The notes under the pieces were generated by a model that was not told the origin of the DNA, ran no database searches, and saw nothing but the letters and a program-made list of their open reading frames with translations. 64,000 bases of DNA from positions 1-64,000 of the forward strand of contig JAPDFW010000090.1 of assembly GCA_028826165.1 (NCBI GenBank). The letters run 5' to 3'. Below are positions 9,152 to 22,384 of the stretch, one piece after another (positions within the stretch are counted from its first letter, which is position 1; the number at the start of each line of letters is the position of its first letter). The translations under genes and the position numbers were made by a program. Origin of the DNA: Anaeramoeba ignava BMAN (taxonomy: Eukaryota > Protista > Anaeramoebae).

Positions 9152-10924
9152 ATGAATGAAATTATATTTTTTGGTTCAAATGAAGCACCAAAACTTATCA
9201 AAAACAAACCAAATGAAATAACAAAATCAATTCAATTTAAATTTGAAAATGAAAATGAAAATGAAAATGAAAATGAAAAACAAATTAAACAAATTTCATC
9301 AAGTTACTATTCAACAATTTTCCTTTTTAAAAATGGAAAAGCAATAGAATATTTAAATGAAAATGATTCAAATCCTGAAGAAATTCAAATTGAAGAAAAT
9401 ATTCAAAAAGTAACTGTTGGTTTTGAAAATGAAGCTATTTTAACAATAAAAGGAAATGTATTTGCTAAAGGAGAAGATATTAATCCAAAAAATCCAAAAG
9501 AATTTATCAATATTTCATCATTAATTGAAGATACAAATGATAGAATAATTCAAGATGTTGTTTCTGGATACACTTCGATTTACTTATTAACTTCAAATCA
9601 AAATGCTTATGGAATTGGTTCAAATGAATATGGTCAACTTGGTTTTGATTCTGAAACACTTTATAAAACAGAAAAACCAATTTTAATAATGAAAAATGTT
9701 TCTAAAATATTTTCAGGAAATACTTCAAATCATGTTTTTCTTTTAAATTCAAATCAAGAATTATTTGGATGCGGAAATAATTTATTTGGCCAACTCGGAT
9801 TAGGAGAATCAAGAAAAGAATATATCACAAAATTAACCAAAATCCAAAATATTCCAAAAGGTGAAATAATTGATATTCAATCTGGATATTATTATTCAAT
9901 AATGTTGATTGAAGATGGAAATGAAAATCCAAAAAGAAAACTTTATTCATGTGGATATTACGAAGATAATGGACTTGGCAAAGATGAAAATACTTATGAA
10001 TTTACTGAAATCAAATCATCTTTATTTGAAAATGATGATAATAATATTGATTTTTCTGTTGGTTATGCTCATACTTTGATTTTAACTTCCAATTCAAAAT
10101 TAATAGGATTTGGATATAATTATTATGGTCAATTAGGAACTGGAGATACAAAATATCAAAGAATTCCAATTCAAATTAAACTTCCTAAATTAAGATTTAA
10201 TGAAAATATTTCTAATTATCATATTTATTGTGGTTCTTATAAATCATTTCTTTATTATTCTCCTTCTTTTTCTAATCTTGAAGAAGATTTGATAAAATTA
10301 TTTGAAAGAAAAGAATTTTGTGATATTTCATTTAAAACAGAAAATGGAGAAATAATTGAAGCTCATAAATTAATATTGAAATATAGATTAAATCAAAATC
10401 AAAATGAAATTGAAAAACTTAAAGAAATTATTTCAAATAAATCAATTAAAGAATCAAATCAAATATTTGAAATGATTTATTCAAATAATTCCAAAATAAA
10501 TCCAAAATTATATTCTGAAATTAAAGAAATTATAAATTCAAATGAAAAAATTGAAGAAACAATGAAAAGAATTTATTTAAATGAAAATGAAAATGAAAAT
10601 GAAAAAGATTTTATAATTGAAAGAAAAGAAAAACAATATAAATTTCCTAAATTAATATTAATAATGAGAAGTGAATTATATCGAGGAATGTTTTTATCTG
10701 TAACTGAAGATACTTCTAATAAAGTTACAGATTATAGTGAATTAAGTAATAAATCATTTCAAATATTTGAATATTGGATTTATTCAAATCAAATCAAAGA
10801 TGAAATCCAAATTACACAAGAAATAATTGATGAATTAGAAACAGGAATTGATTATTTTCAATTAAATCAAACAAATCCAAATTTATTTGATTTATTAATT
10901 AACAAATTTAATAATCAAAATTAA
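9152..10924 (+). CDS. RCC1-repeat protein with C-terminal BTB/POZ-like domains
   Basis: RCC1 repeats (GIGSNEYGQLG, GCGNNLFGQLGLG, SVGYAHTLIL, GFGYNYYGQLGTG); BTB-like FCDISFK..IEAHKLIL and FPKLILIMRSELYRGMF...FQIFEYWIYS. Confidence 0.9.
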   Translation: MNEIIFFGSNEAPKLIKNKPNEITKSIQFKFENENENENENEKQIKQISSSYYSTIFLFKNGKAIEYLNENDSNPEEIQIEENIQKVTVGFENEAILTIKGNVFAKGEDINPKNPKEFINISSLIEDTNDRIIQDVVSGYTSIYLLTSNQNAYGIGSNEYGQLGFDSETLYKTEKPILIMKNVSKIFSGNTSNHVFLLNSNQELFGCGNNLFGQLGLGESRKEYITKLTKIQNIPKGEIIDIQSGYYYSIMLIEDGNENPKRKLYSCGYYEDNGLGKDENTYEFTEIKSSLFENDDNNIDFSVGYAHTLILTSNSKLIGFGYNYYGQLGTGDTKYQRIPIQIKLPKLRFNENISNYHIYCGSYKSFLYYSPSFSNLEEDLIKLFERKEFCDISFKTENGEIIEAHKLILKYRLNQNQNEIEKLKEIISNKSIKESNQIFEMIYSNNSKINPKLYSEIKEIINSNEKIEETMKRIYLNENENENEKDFIIERKEKQYKFPKLILIMRSELYRGMFLSVTEDTSNKVTDYSELSNKSFQIFEYWIYSNQIKDEIQITQEIIDELETGIDYFQLNQTNPNLFDLLINKFNNQN

Positions 10925-11276
10925 AATTAAAATCAAAATTAAAATTAAAATTAAAATTAAAATTAAAATTAAAATTAAAATTAAAATCAAAATTAAAATT
11001 AAAATTAAAATTAAAATTAAAATCAAAATCAAAATTAAAATTAAAATTAAAATTAAAATTTATTTGATTAAAATTAAAATTAAAATTAAAATTAAAATTA
11101 AAATTAAAATCAAAATTAAAATTAAAATTAAAATTAAAATTAAAATTAAAATTAAAATTAAAATTAAAATTAAAATTAAAATTAAAATTAAAATTAAAAT
11201 TAAAATTAAAATTAAAATTAAAATTAAAATTAAAATTAAAATTAAAATTAAAATTAAAATTAAAATTAAAATTAAA
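10920..11276. repeat. (AAATTA)n microsatellite between convergent genes
   Basis: Hexamer run starting at the RCC1-BTB stop codon. Confidence 0.9.
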
Positions 11277-11322
11277 AAATCGATTCAAAGAAAAACTTCA
11301 TTAATTTTGAAAAAAAAAAAAA

Positions 11323-12996
11323 TCAATTAAGTAATCTTGGAAGTGTGTATTCAATAAAAACATCTTTGCATTTGTCAGTTGGATAATCTTGATGTCGACA
11401 ATCTGTTTTATAAAAATTTAACCGATTATTTTCATCTAAATATCTTAAGCCAAGCCAATCTTCTTTATAAGCAAGAGTTTGATTATAAGGAATAATATTT
11501 TCTCTTTTATCATCATAAAAAGCAAACCAAGCACTTTCTTTTGGATTAACTATTAATTCAAATTAAATCAAAAAGAAATTCAATTATTTCCTTTTTTTTT
11601 TTAAAATTGAGTTGATTTTATTTTTTTCTTTTAAATTTACCAACTTCATCAACAGTTGACATTAATAATGTGAATGAATTTAAACTTTGAATTTTTTGTT
11701 TAATTTTTGGATCTTTTGTTTTTTCTTCATTGTTTAAATATGGGAGAAAGATTGATTTATTAAGATAAACATCATAATTAAGTGTATCTTTCCAATACTA
11801 AATAAATTTAAAACAATTTATTTATAAATTTATTATTAAATTCATTTTTAAATTTATTTTTAAGTAAATTATTAAGTTTATTTTTAAATTTATTTTTAAA
11901 TTTATTTTTAAGTAAATTATTAAATTTATTTATAAATTTATTATTAAATTATTATTAAATTTATTTTTAAGTTATTTTTAAATTCATTTTAAATTCATTT
12001 ATAAATTCATTTTTAAATTATTTTTAAGTTTATTATTAAATATTATTAAATTATTAAATTTACTTGAGCAAATGTAATACTGTTTTGAACTTCTTCAATA
12101 TAACAATCTTCACGAAGAAGTTTATCTAACCAATTCCAATCAACATAAGGAATACCAAAAACACCTTCATGAGGACCAGACCAAGTAATAAAATTATGAA
12201 CAGGAGGATCATTACAATATTCAACATAACCTCTTGTAATTAATGATCCTTGTGAATATCCAATTAAATTAATTTTCGGATATTTTGATAATTCTTGATC
12301 TTCTTTTAATTGATTGCAGAAATCTGTAACCATATCAAACATTTTATTAAACATTGAATCCCAATATCCATTTCCAATCTAAATTTGAATTTTAATTATA
12401 ATTTGAATTTTAATTTTGAATTTGATTTTGAATTTTAATTTTGAATTTGAATTTGAATTTGAATTTGAATTTGAATTTAAATTTGAATTTGAATTTTAAT
12501 TTTAATTTAATTTGATTTTAAATTGAATTGGAATTTGAATTGGAATTTGAATTTGAATTTGAATTTGAATTGGAATTTGAATTTGAATTTGAATTTGAAT
12601 TGGAATTTGAATTGGAATTTTAATTTTGAATTTGAATTTGAATTTAATTTTAATTTAATTTTAAATTTGAATTGGAATTTGAATTTGATTTTAATTTGAA
12701 TTTGAATTTGAATTTAAATTTGAATTTGAATTGGAATTTGAATTGGAATTTGAATTTGAATTGGAATTTGAATGTTTCAGTTTTTTTCTTTATTGGATTT
12801 TTGGTTTAATGAGTTTTACTTCAACATTTTTAACATAAACATCAGGACCAACTAATTCATGAATCCATTCAACAACTTTGTTCATTGTTGAAGCATTTGC
12901 TCCAATTCCATGCATTAAAACAACAGGATAAGGTTGTTCTTGACTGAAAATTATTAATGTCGTTAATATTATTAAAAAAAATTCAATATTTTTCAT
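11323..12996 (-). CDS. PPT1: Palmitoyl-protein thioesterase 1 (CLN1), 4 exons (12996-12820, 12378-12064, 11797-11641, 11549-11323)
   Basis: Signal peptide, PVVLMHGIG, nucleophile GYSQG, GPHEGVFG, FAQ|YWKD, VVNPKESAWF, DWLGLRYLD and C-terminal CRHQ; GT-AG sites splice in frame. Confidence 0.92.
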
Positions 12997-13119
12997 TTAA
13001 AAAATTAATAGAAAATAAAAAAGAAAAAAAATGATCAAAAATTTGGTTTTTTTTTTTTAATTAAAAAAATAAAAAACCAAAAATCAACAAAATTAGTCAT
13101 TTTTATTCATTTTTTAATA

Positions 13120-15845
13120 GAATATATTTTAAAATAAAATATAAATAAATTCTAATTTAAATCTATTTAAAATAATGTTAAAAAATTAATAAAATAAAAA
13201 ATGGAATAAAATATTTTAATTAATTTTTAAAATAATTTATAATAAAAATATTAAATTTAAATAATAAATTATTTATATATAATATATTTTAAAATAAAAT
13301 ATAAATAAATTCTAATTTAAATATATTTAAAATAATATTAAAAATTAATAAAATTATTTTAAAAAAATGGAATAAAATATTTTGATTAATTTTTAAAATA
13401 ATTTATAATAAAAATATTAAATCTAAATAATAGATTATTTATATATAATATATTTTAAAATAAAATATAAATAAATTATAATTTAAATATATTTAAAATA
13501 ATATTAAAAATTTAATAAAATAAAAATGGAATAAAATATTTTAATTAATTTTTAAAATAATTTAGAATAAAAATATTAAATTTAAATAATAGATTATTTA
13601 TATATAATATATTTTTAAAATAAAATATAAATAAATTATAATTTAAATATATTTAAAATAATATTAAAAATTAATAAAATAATTTTAAAAAAAATGGAAT
13701 AAAATATTTTAATTAATTTTTAAAATAATTTATAATAAAAATATTAAATTTTAATAATAGATTATTTATATATAATATATTTTAAAATAAAATATAAATA
13801 AATTATAATTCAAATATATTTAAAATAATGTTAAAAATTAATAAAATAAAAATGGAATAAAATATTTTAATTAATTTTTAAAATAATTTATAATAAAAAT
13901 ATTAAATTTTAATAATAAATTATTTATATAAAATATTATTTTAAAATAAAATATAAATAAATTATTATTCAAATCTATTTAAAATAATTTTAAAAATTAA
14001 TAAAATAATTTTAAAAAAAATGGAATAAAATATTTTAATTAATTTTTAAAATAATTTAGAATAAAAATATTAAATTTTAATAATAAATTATTTATATACA
14101 ATATATTTCAAAAATAAAATATAAATAAATTATAATTTAAATATATTTAAAATAAAATTAAAAATTAATAAAATAATTTTAAAAAAAAATGGAATAAAAA
14201 GTTTTAATTAATTTTAAAAAAATAATTTATAATAAAAATATTAAATTTTAATAATAGATTATTTATATATAATATATTTTAAAATAAAATATAAATAAAT
14301 TATTATTCAAATATATTCAAAATAAAATTAAAAATTTAATAAAATAAAAATGGAATAAAATATTTTGATTAATTTTTAAAATAATTTAGAATAAAAATAT
14401 TAAATTTTAATAATAGATTATTTATATATAATATATTTTAAAAATAAAATATAAATAAATTATAATTCAAATATATTTAAAATAAAATTAAAAATTAATA
14501 AAATAAAAATGGAATAAAATATTTTAATTAATTTTTAAAAATAATTTATAATAAAAATATTAAATTTAAATAATAGATTATTTATATATAATATATTTTA
14601 AAATAAAATATAAATAAATTATAATTCAAATATATTTAAAATAAAATTAAAAATTAATAAAATAATTTTAAAAAAAAATGGAATAAAATATTTTAATTAA
14701 TTTTTAAAATAATTTAGAATAAAAATATTAAATTTTAATAATAAATTATTTATATATAATATATTTTAAAAATAAAATATAAATAAATTCTAATTTAAAT
14801 ATATTTAAAATAATATTAAAAATTAATAAAATTATTTTAAAAAAAAATGGAATAAAATATTTTGATTAATTTTTAAAATAATTTATAATAAAAATATTAA
14901 ATCTAAATAATAGATTATTTATATATAATATATTTTAAAATAAAATATAAATAAATTATAATTTAAATATATTTAAAATAATATTAAAAATTTAATAAAA
15001 TAATTTTAAAAAAATGGAATAAAATATTTTGATTAATTTTTAAAATAATTTATAATAAAAATATTAAATATGAATAATAAATTATTTATATATAATATAT
15101 TTTAAAATAAAATATAAATAAATTATAATTCAAATATATTCAAAAATAATATTAAAAAATTAATAAAAAAAATGGAATAAAATATTTTAATTAATTTTTA
15201 AAATAATTTAGAATAAAAATATTAAATTTTAATAATAGATTATTTATATATAATATATTTTAAAATAAAATATAAATAAATTCTAATTTAAATATATTTA
15301 AAATAATATTAAAAATTTAATAAAATAAATTTTAAAAAAAATGGAATAAAATATTTTGATTAATTTTTAAAATAATTTAGAATAAAAATATTAAATTTTA
15401 ATAATAGATTATTTATATATAATATATTTTAAAATAAAATATAAATAAATCATAATTTAAATATATTTAAAATAAAATTAAAAATTAATAAAATAAATTT
15501 TAAAAAAAATGGAATAAAATATTTTAATTAATTTTTAAAATAATTTAGAATAAAAATATTAAATTTAAATAATAGATTATTTATATACAATATATTTTAA
15601 AATAAAATATAAATAAATTATAATTCAAATATATTTAAAATAATGTTAAAAATTAATAAAATAATTTTTAAAAAAAAATGGAATAAAATATTTTAATTAA
15701 TTTTTAAAATAATTTAGAATAAAAATATTAAATTTTAATAATAGATTATTTATATATAATATATTTTAAAATAAAATATAAATAAATTCTAATTTAATAT
15801 TATTTAAAATAATATTAAAAAATTAATAAAATAAAAAATGGTAAA
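13120..15845. repeat. Intergenic tandem satellite with two unit lengths (~158 and ~168 bp), ~17 units
   Basis: ATGGAATAAAATATTTT recurs at 13201, 13368, 13526, 13694, 13852, 14020 ... 15678. Confidence 0.9.
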
Positions 15846-16138
15846 AGTTTTAATTTGTAAATTTAATTTTTGTAATTTAGGGTTTATTTAGAAATTATTT
15901 AAAAAAAAAATTTTTTTTTTGTTTTTTGTTTTTTTAATTTCATTTTTCTTTTTTTTTTGATTTTAATTTGTTGTTTTTTTTTTTTTTTTATTAATTTTAA
16001 TTTAGAAAAACAAAACGAAAAAAAAATTCAATTTTAATTTTAATTTTAATTATCAATAATAAAAACAAGTAATCTAAAAAAAAATCTAAATTAGTTGATC
16101 TATAAAATAAACAATTGAAAAATTTAAAAATAAATAGA

Positions 16139-17117
16139 ATGTCTTCAGATGAAATTGATTTAGAAAATGTAAAAGAAAAATCAAGTGAAAAATCAAGTGA
16201 AAAATCAAGTGAAAAATCAAGTGAAAAATCAAGTGAAAAATCGAAAGAAAAATCGAAAGAAAAATCAAGATGAAAAATTAAATGAAACATTAAATGAAAC
16301 ATTAAATGAAACATCAAGTGAAAAACCAATTGAAAAATCAAATGATCAATTAACTGAAAAACAAACAGATCAAAAAGATATTAAAGAACATCTTCATTGG
16401 TCATCATGGTTTCTTTTATTTATTTTTATTGAAGTACTTTTCCAGTGTTTAAATCCACTTTTTGACTGGGATATTTGGAAATTTGATTTTTTTGATATTG
16501 TGGACATGCTTGCATCATGTTTCTTGCCTATAACAATGTATTACATATCAAGAAGATCGCGGAAAAATTACGCGCCATTGAGTCAACCACAACTTATAAT
16601 ACTTATAACAGCAATAGCAATTTGGTCAAGTGGATATTCAATGCATTTGACTGGAAATGCAGTTAGTCGACAATTAAAACAACATCATGATCTTGCTGCT
16701 TATGATGTCTCCCATTTCTTTGATGAAATCATGGGCCACATCTTGATTTTTCTTGGCTGGCTTGTTTTTCTTTTGTTTTTAATTCCACTTCGTATGCAAA
16801 CTCATTTCGATCCAAAAACTGCTTCAAAATCTCAAATGACTTATTTAATTCTTATTAATATTTTGACAGCTATTATTTTCACAATTTTAACTTCTGCTGG
16901 CGCTTTAAATGCAAATTTGGGAATCGCTGCTCTTGTAATTTGCTTTCTTGTTCTTTGCTTTCTTCCTTTGTTTATCAAACGATCTTCTCTTTCTGCCAAA
17001 GATTTTCTACTTCAACCTCCAATCTTTTTTTTGGTTGTTTGTTGTTTCTTAACTGTCATAATTCTCATTTGTATTGGTTCAGTTACTCATGATTGGAATA
17101 CTTGGAATACAGTTTAA
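16139..17117 (+). CDS. CLN6-like multi-pass membrane protein (apparent 1-bp frameshift near 16268)
   Basis: About 7 hydrophobic segments. GYSMHLTGNAVSRQL and HFFDEIMGHIL resemble the CLN6 motifs GASIHLVGDSVNHRL and YYYDEYLGHCM. ATG at 16139 reads MSSDEIDLENVKEKSSEK.. and needs a one-base shift to join the 16185-17117 frame. Confidence 0.65.
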
Positions 17118-17291
17118 AATGTTTTTTTTTTCTTTGAATTTTTGAATTTTTGAATTTTTGAATTTTTTTCAAATAAATTCCAAAAACAAAAAAAATATTT
17201 TTCTAATTAAATCTTTCCTTATTTTTATTTTAAAATTCTTATTGAAAAAAAAAAAATTTTATTATTATTAATTGAAAAAAGGATAAATTCT

Positions 17292-20200
17292 TCATTTCTT
17301 CTTTTTTAATGCTTCCACATATTGTTCAGACATGGAATGAATAAAATGAGTCATAAAAACAACATCTTCAATTTTAACGATTGATTCTTCTTGATCCAAA
17401 ACTTGAACTTTAGAATGATCAATTCTTTTTCGATTCACTTCTCCAAATTTTTCATTTAAAATTAAACATAATTGATTTTCAATTGAAGGAAATAAATGGA
17501 TCATTTTTTTGACTTCTGGATCCAATTCAAGAACCTTTTTCCTGCAAAAAACATAAATTCCAAAAATGGATCTTGATAAAATTCTGATCAACTCAGTGAT
17601 ATTAAACAAAGATTTTGATTTTGTTCTAACCAAAGAAACCAAAACAAATTGACTAACTTTTCCACTTAATTCTTCAGTAACAAAAACCTTTGGCTTTCCA
17701 AAAAACGTCAACCAACTGCAACGTTTATCAAGAACTTCCAGAATCAAGTTTTTCTGCGCATAAAATGGAGTTAATATTGTTATTGAATCAACTGGATATC
17801 CAATAAATCTCATAAATTGAAATAAACCAACAACAAATTCAGCTTCTCCCAAATTTTGGTAATTCATTGGTCCAATTTTTTGCTCTCCTTGATTTTCGAA
17901 ATCTTCAACATTTATAATTTGCATATCATAAAGAAATCCAGCATTTGCAAGACTTTTTGGATCGTTATCAATATTATTACTAATATTATTATTAATAGTT
18001 TTTTCATCTGATTTTATTCTTTTTTCTTCTTGTTGATTTTCTTTCTTTTCTTCATTTCTTTCTGATATTTCCTCTGCATTTGCAATAAACTTATATTTCC
18101 ATGAATACAATTTTGAAAGTGGTTTTTTTGAGTTGATTACAGTAAGTTTTTGTGATTGAACACCCAATCTCAACATTCTTTTAAACATTGATTGACCAAA
18201 ATATAAATAAGGAAACATTTTCTTGTGAGAAATCAAAATGGAAGATTCATTTTCATCTCCAATCATAACAACCCTTTTTAGATTGTCTGTTTTCTTCTGC
18301 AATAATAAAAGAATAGCTGTTTCAACATCAAGAAGTCTTCCTGCTTCTTCAATAACCAAAGTATTAAAAGAAATTCCCTTTTCAACCAATTTTTCACAAT
18401 TTGTGATTGCAAATTGAGATGTCATTCCAATTATTTTTGAATGTGTTGACAGTAAATATTGATATCTTGATTCATTTGTTTGGAAAATTTCAAACGGATG
18501 AAGTTTCTTAAGTTCAAAGAAAATATCCTCAATTTGCTTATAAAATCCTTTTGCAATTGAAATATTTTTCTGCAAATCGCTAGTGAATAATGATCTACTT
18601 GATAAATTTTGGAAAACTGTTGAAAAAAATGTTGTAAATGGAAATAATTCATCAAAATTTTCCACTTTTGTTTTTGTTTTAATTTCTTCAAGAAAATTTC
18701 TCCAACTTGGTTTAATAAATGTGGCAAAAAAAGTTTCTGCAACTTCACAACCATAACTTGGATCACCAACATATTTTGTAGTTTTTGCTAGCCTTTCGAC
18801 TTCCTGGAGTAATAGCATTCTACGAATCAAGCATCTGTTAATAATTTGATCAGGGGAAAAGTAATCTGAAGCTATTTTAAAATGAAAAAAATTTTTTTTG
18901 ATTAATTTTTTTGATTAAATTTTTTTTGATTAATTTACTTGTTGAATCAATAATAGGTCCAACTCGCATTAAATCAGTATCATTTATATTTGAATTGGAT
19001 AAATAATTAAAAATCTCTGTCAATCCAGAAGAGGTTTGGCAAACAACAAGTATTCGATCTGTTTGTTTTGAATTTATTGAATAATTATAAAGATTACTAA
19101 TAATTTGTGAAGCAATTGCTGTTTTTCCTGAACGAGGTGCGCCTGAAACAAGTGTTAATCCAATTTGCATTCCATTCAAAATGCACATTGCTTGTTCGTG
19201 ATTATATTGGATTGAATTGTAAGTTGGGATATAAAACAAATGCTTTGGTAAATACACTTCATATTTAATAATTTTTTTATCTTCGTTTTTCTTCCTCTTT
19301 TTTTTGTCTGTTTTCTCTTCATTTTCCATTTTATTATCCACATGAATTTTAACTAAAAACCTTTCATTTTCTGAATAAACTATAACATTTTCTTCTTTGT
19401 TATTTTCAAAATTTTGATCAACTGAATCCACTTTTTGCAATTCATATTCATTTGAATCAAATACTTTCTCCATATGTTCTTTGTTAATAAAAGTATCAAA
19501 TAAATCAACAACAATTTCCTTCCGAGAATCCAAATTTCTGTAGTTTGAAGAACTTGGTTCTCCATATCCAAGCATTAAATCTTTAAACCAAGGAATGACT
19601 TCTTTTTCGTTATTTCGATCCTTTTCAAAATTATTTTTCACAGTTATTCTTTCCTTCATAAATTCTATTGCTTCAAGTGTCTTCTCATCATCTTGAATAA
19701 TTTTTAAATGATCTTCTTTACGCACAATTAAATTAAACTCTGAATAAAATTCATTGATTTGTGATGGATTTTTTTGATCTTTATTTCCCATCTTTTCATA
19801 ATCTTCAAAAAATTGAACTGGATTGAATCTAATCTTCATTATTCTTTTATTTCCTCTGAATCTTCTTCTGTTTGTTTTAATTCCTGAAAATATATTTTGG
19901 TTTTGATACAAAATATTTTGTTCAATTTCAATTTGATTTTCATTTTCATTTAAATTTTCATTTTCATTTTCATTTTCATTTTCATTTTCGTTTAAATTTT
20001 CATTTTCATTTTCGTTTAAATTTTCATTTTCGTTTAAATTTTCATTTAAATTTTCATTCTTTTTTAAATTTGAATTTCTTTGATCAGTAATATCAATAAA
20101 ATGACATCCTCGAATTCTTGAAATTTTGAATTTTTTTTGATTATTCTTTTCATTATGTTCAATTTTCACAAGATATAAAACTTCATTTTGAGGAAGATTT

Positions 20201-22047
20201 TCCCAAAACCATCTAATTTGAGGATCAATATTATCTGGATAACTATCAGTAAAATCAAAATGAACATTCATTTCCACATAAGATGGATAAGTTTCTCCAA
20301 GTTTTGTTTGTCCAATTCTATTGACTTCAATATTGCCAATTTTGAGGATGTATTTTGACCATTTTTTTGTTTCCAGTCTCATTTCAACTCCTTTATATGT
20401 GTGTATAGCTTTGAAATTAGGATCCAAATCAGGAATGAAATGATTCAATCTTTTGTTGATGTTTTTGGATAAATGCTCCTTTAGTAAAACAAAGTTTCGA
20501 TGGAAAAAATCGCTAAGACATAAAAATTGAAGATTAACTTTTGGTTTTGAAATGAGTTTTTCTTTCTTCACATGAAGAATATCATCCTCATTGGCAAATA
20601 TCGATGTTTGCTGGCTGGTAATCCATTGAGAAGAAGCAAAATGCTTTACAAAAATTTGAGTAATAAAACTTTTGAAATCAATTTGGAAATTTTCTGGGAA
20701 AATTTGATTTCTAAATATTTTTTCTTCTTTTGGAATAAGCTCCATTAAATATGCCAATTTGAATATTTTTTCTTCAGGGATTGATGATAAATAATTGATC
20801 AAATTTTCTTTTTTGGAAATATTTGTGAAACTTTCCATTACAATTTTTTCTAATTGAGGATTAAATTTTTCAAAAGCAATTGTTTGTAATTTTTGGATTT
20901 CTTGTTCGGATTTGATTAACAAATCATTTCTTGAAATAATTGAACCTGTAACGTTGTCAATAGGATAACTTTCATAATATTCTAAATTCTCAACCATTTT
21001 TCTAAACGTATGGTTGTTTTTGTTATTGTAATAATTTGATATTTTTGTGACTTCAATAACATGATAATTTCTAATAATTGATAAAAAAAATCTTCTTGTT
21101 GATAATTGTGATAATAAATCAGTTGATAAACTAAGAAACTCTTCACAATATTTCCTTGCAGTTTTGCTCTGATCAATTTTCCAAAGGAAAGTGTAATATT
21201 TCTTGATGAAAAATGGAAGCAAATCTTTCTCAAATTTTTGCATTATTCTTTGTGATTCGCTTTTTTTTTTAGAATTTTTTTTGCTATTCCATATTCTTTG
21301 TAATAATTCCCAATTTTTAGATAATTTATTTGATTCTGAAAGTTCTTTTTTTAGAAAAATAGGATCTAAATGAATCCACATTGGCAAAGAAACAAATCTG
21401 GTTTTTTTTTTTTTGATTAAAAAAAAATATAAATTAAAAATTCAATTTTATTTATTATTAAAAAAAAAAAAATTTAAATATTTACCTCATAATAATTTGA
21501 GCAACAAGATCATTATCAATTGAACGAACACAATTTGCAAAAAAACGGAGAATAAAAAAATCTATTATTAATTGTTGTTCTGATTCAAGAAAATGTAAAA
21601 TTTTAAGGACTAAATCAATAAATTTTTTGTTATTGATCCAATTCAAGTTTCTTTTTAAAATTTAAAATTAAAAATTAATAATTAATAAAAATTTAAATTT
21701 AAATTTAAATTTAAATTACAATAATCTAGATGAAATTGCTAGGATTAATAAAACATGTTTATCGCTGGAGTTTTTTTTAAAATGAGGCCAAAGAAACCTA
21801 TCAAAAAAAAAATTGATTTTTATAAATTAAAATTTTTCATTTTATTCACTTGATTCATTTTTATTTACTTTTCTAAAACTTCTGAATCTTGAATTAATTT
21901 AATATCTTTTTTGTAAAAGTTATTTTTAGATAATTTCTCCCAAATTTCATTAATTAATTCTTCAAATTTTTTGATTGATTTTTCTTTATTTTGTGAATCA
22001 ATTTGAAATGATAAAGAATTTTGGATTAATTTTTCTAAATTTTGCAT
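17292..22047 (-). CDS. AQR: Intron-binding spliceosomal RNA helicase Aquarius (multi-exon)
   Basis: DLLSQLSTRRFF, PKVNLQFLCLSDFFHRNFVL, DLMLGYGEPSS, Walker A GAPRSGKT, IEEAG, YQNLGEAEFVVGLFQFMRFIGYP..ITILT. Short GT-AG introns at ~18872-18938, 21398-21485 and two further 5'. Confidence 0.92.
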
Positions 22048-22222
22048 TAAAAAATTAATAATTTTATAATAATTTTCTTTAACGGAATTTAAATTTTAAA
22101 TTTTAAATTTAATTTTGAATTGAATTCAATAACTCTATTGAAAAATGGAAAATGAAAAAAATGAAAAATGAAAAAATTAAAAAAATTTTTTTTTCATTTT
22201 TTTCTTTTTTTTTTAAAATAAA

Positions 22223-22384
22223 ATGAAACAAAAACAAAAACAAGATTCAAATATTTCTTCATTATTACAACTTTTTAAAGATCCAGAAATGAGAACAGAA
22301 CAATTTTTACTTGTTATTTTTTTTATAACAATGGTTATAGGAGTTATAATGAGTTTTTTTTGGTTAAAAGATAAACTTTTTTAA
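22223..22384 (+). CDS. Putative 53-aa microprotein with a C-terminal transmembrane helix
   Basis: MKQKQKQDSNISSLLQLFKDPEMRTEQFLLVIFFITMVIGVIMSFFWLKDKLF*. AAAATG start context, coding-like composition, preceded by TCATTTT. Below the ORF-track cutoff. Confidence 0.55.
   Translation: MKQKQKQDSNISSLLQLFKDPEMRTEQFLLVIFFITMVIGVIMSFFWLKDKLF

Noticed and set aside
10908-11330. Low-complexity ORFs (FNFN, IKIK; also LNLF at 33147-35712, INIE at 27201-28409, and 46005-48302)
   Set aside because: They are stop-free frames of micro- or minisatellites, or antisense frames of coding repeats.
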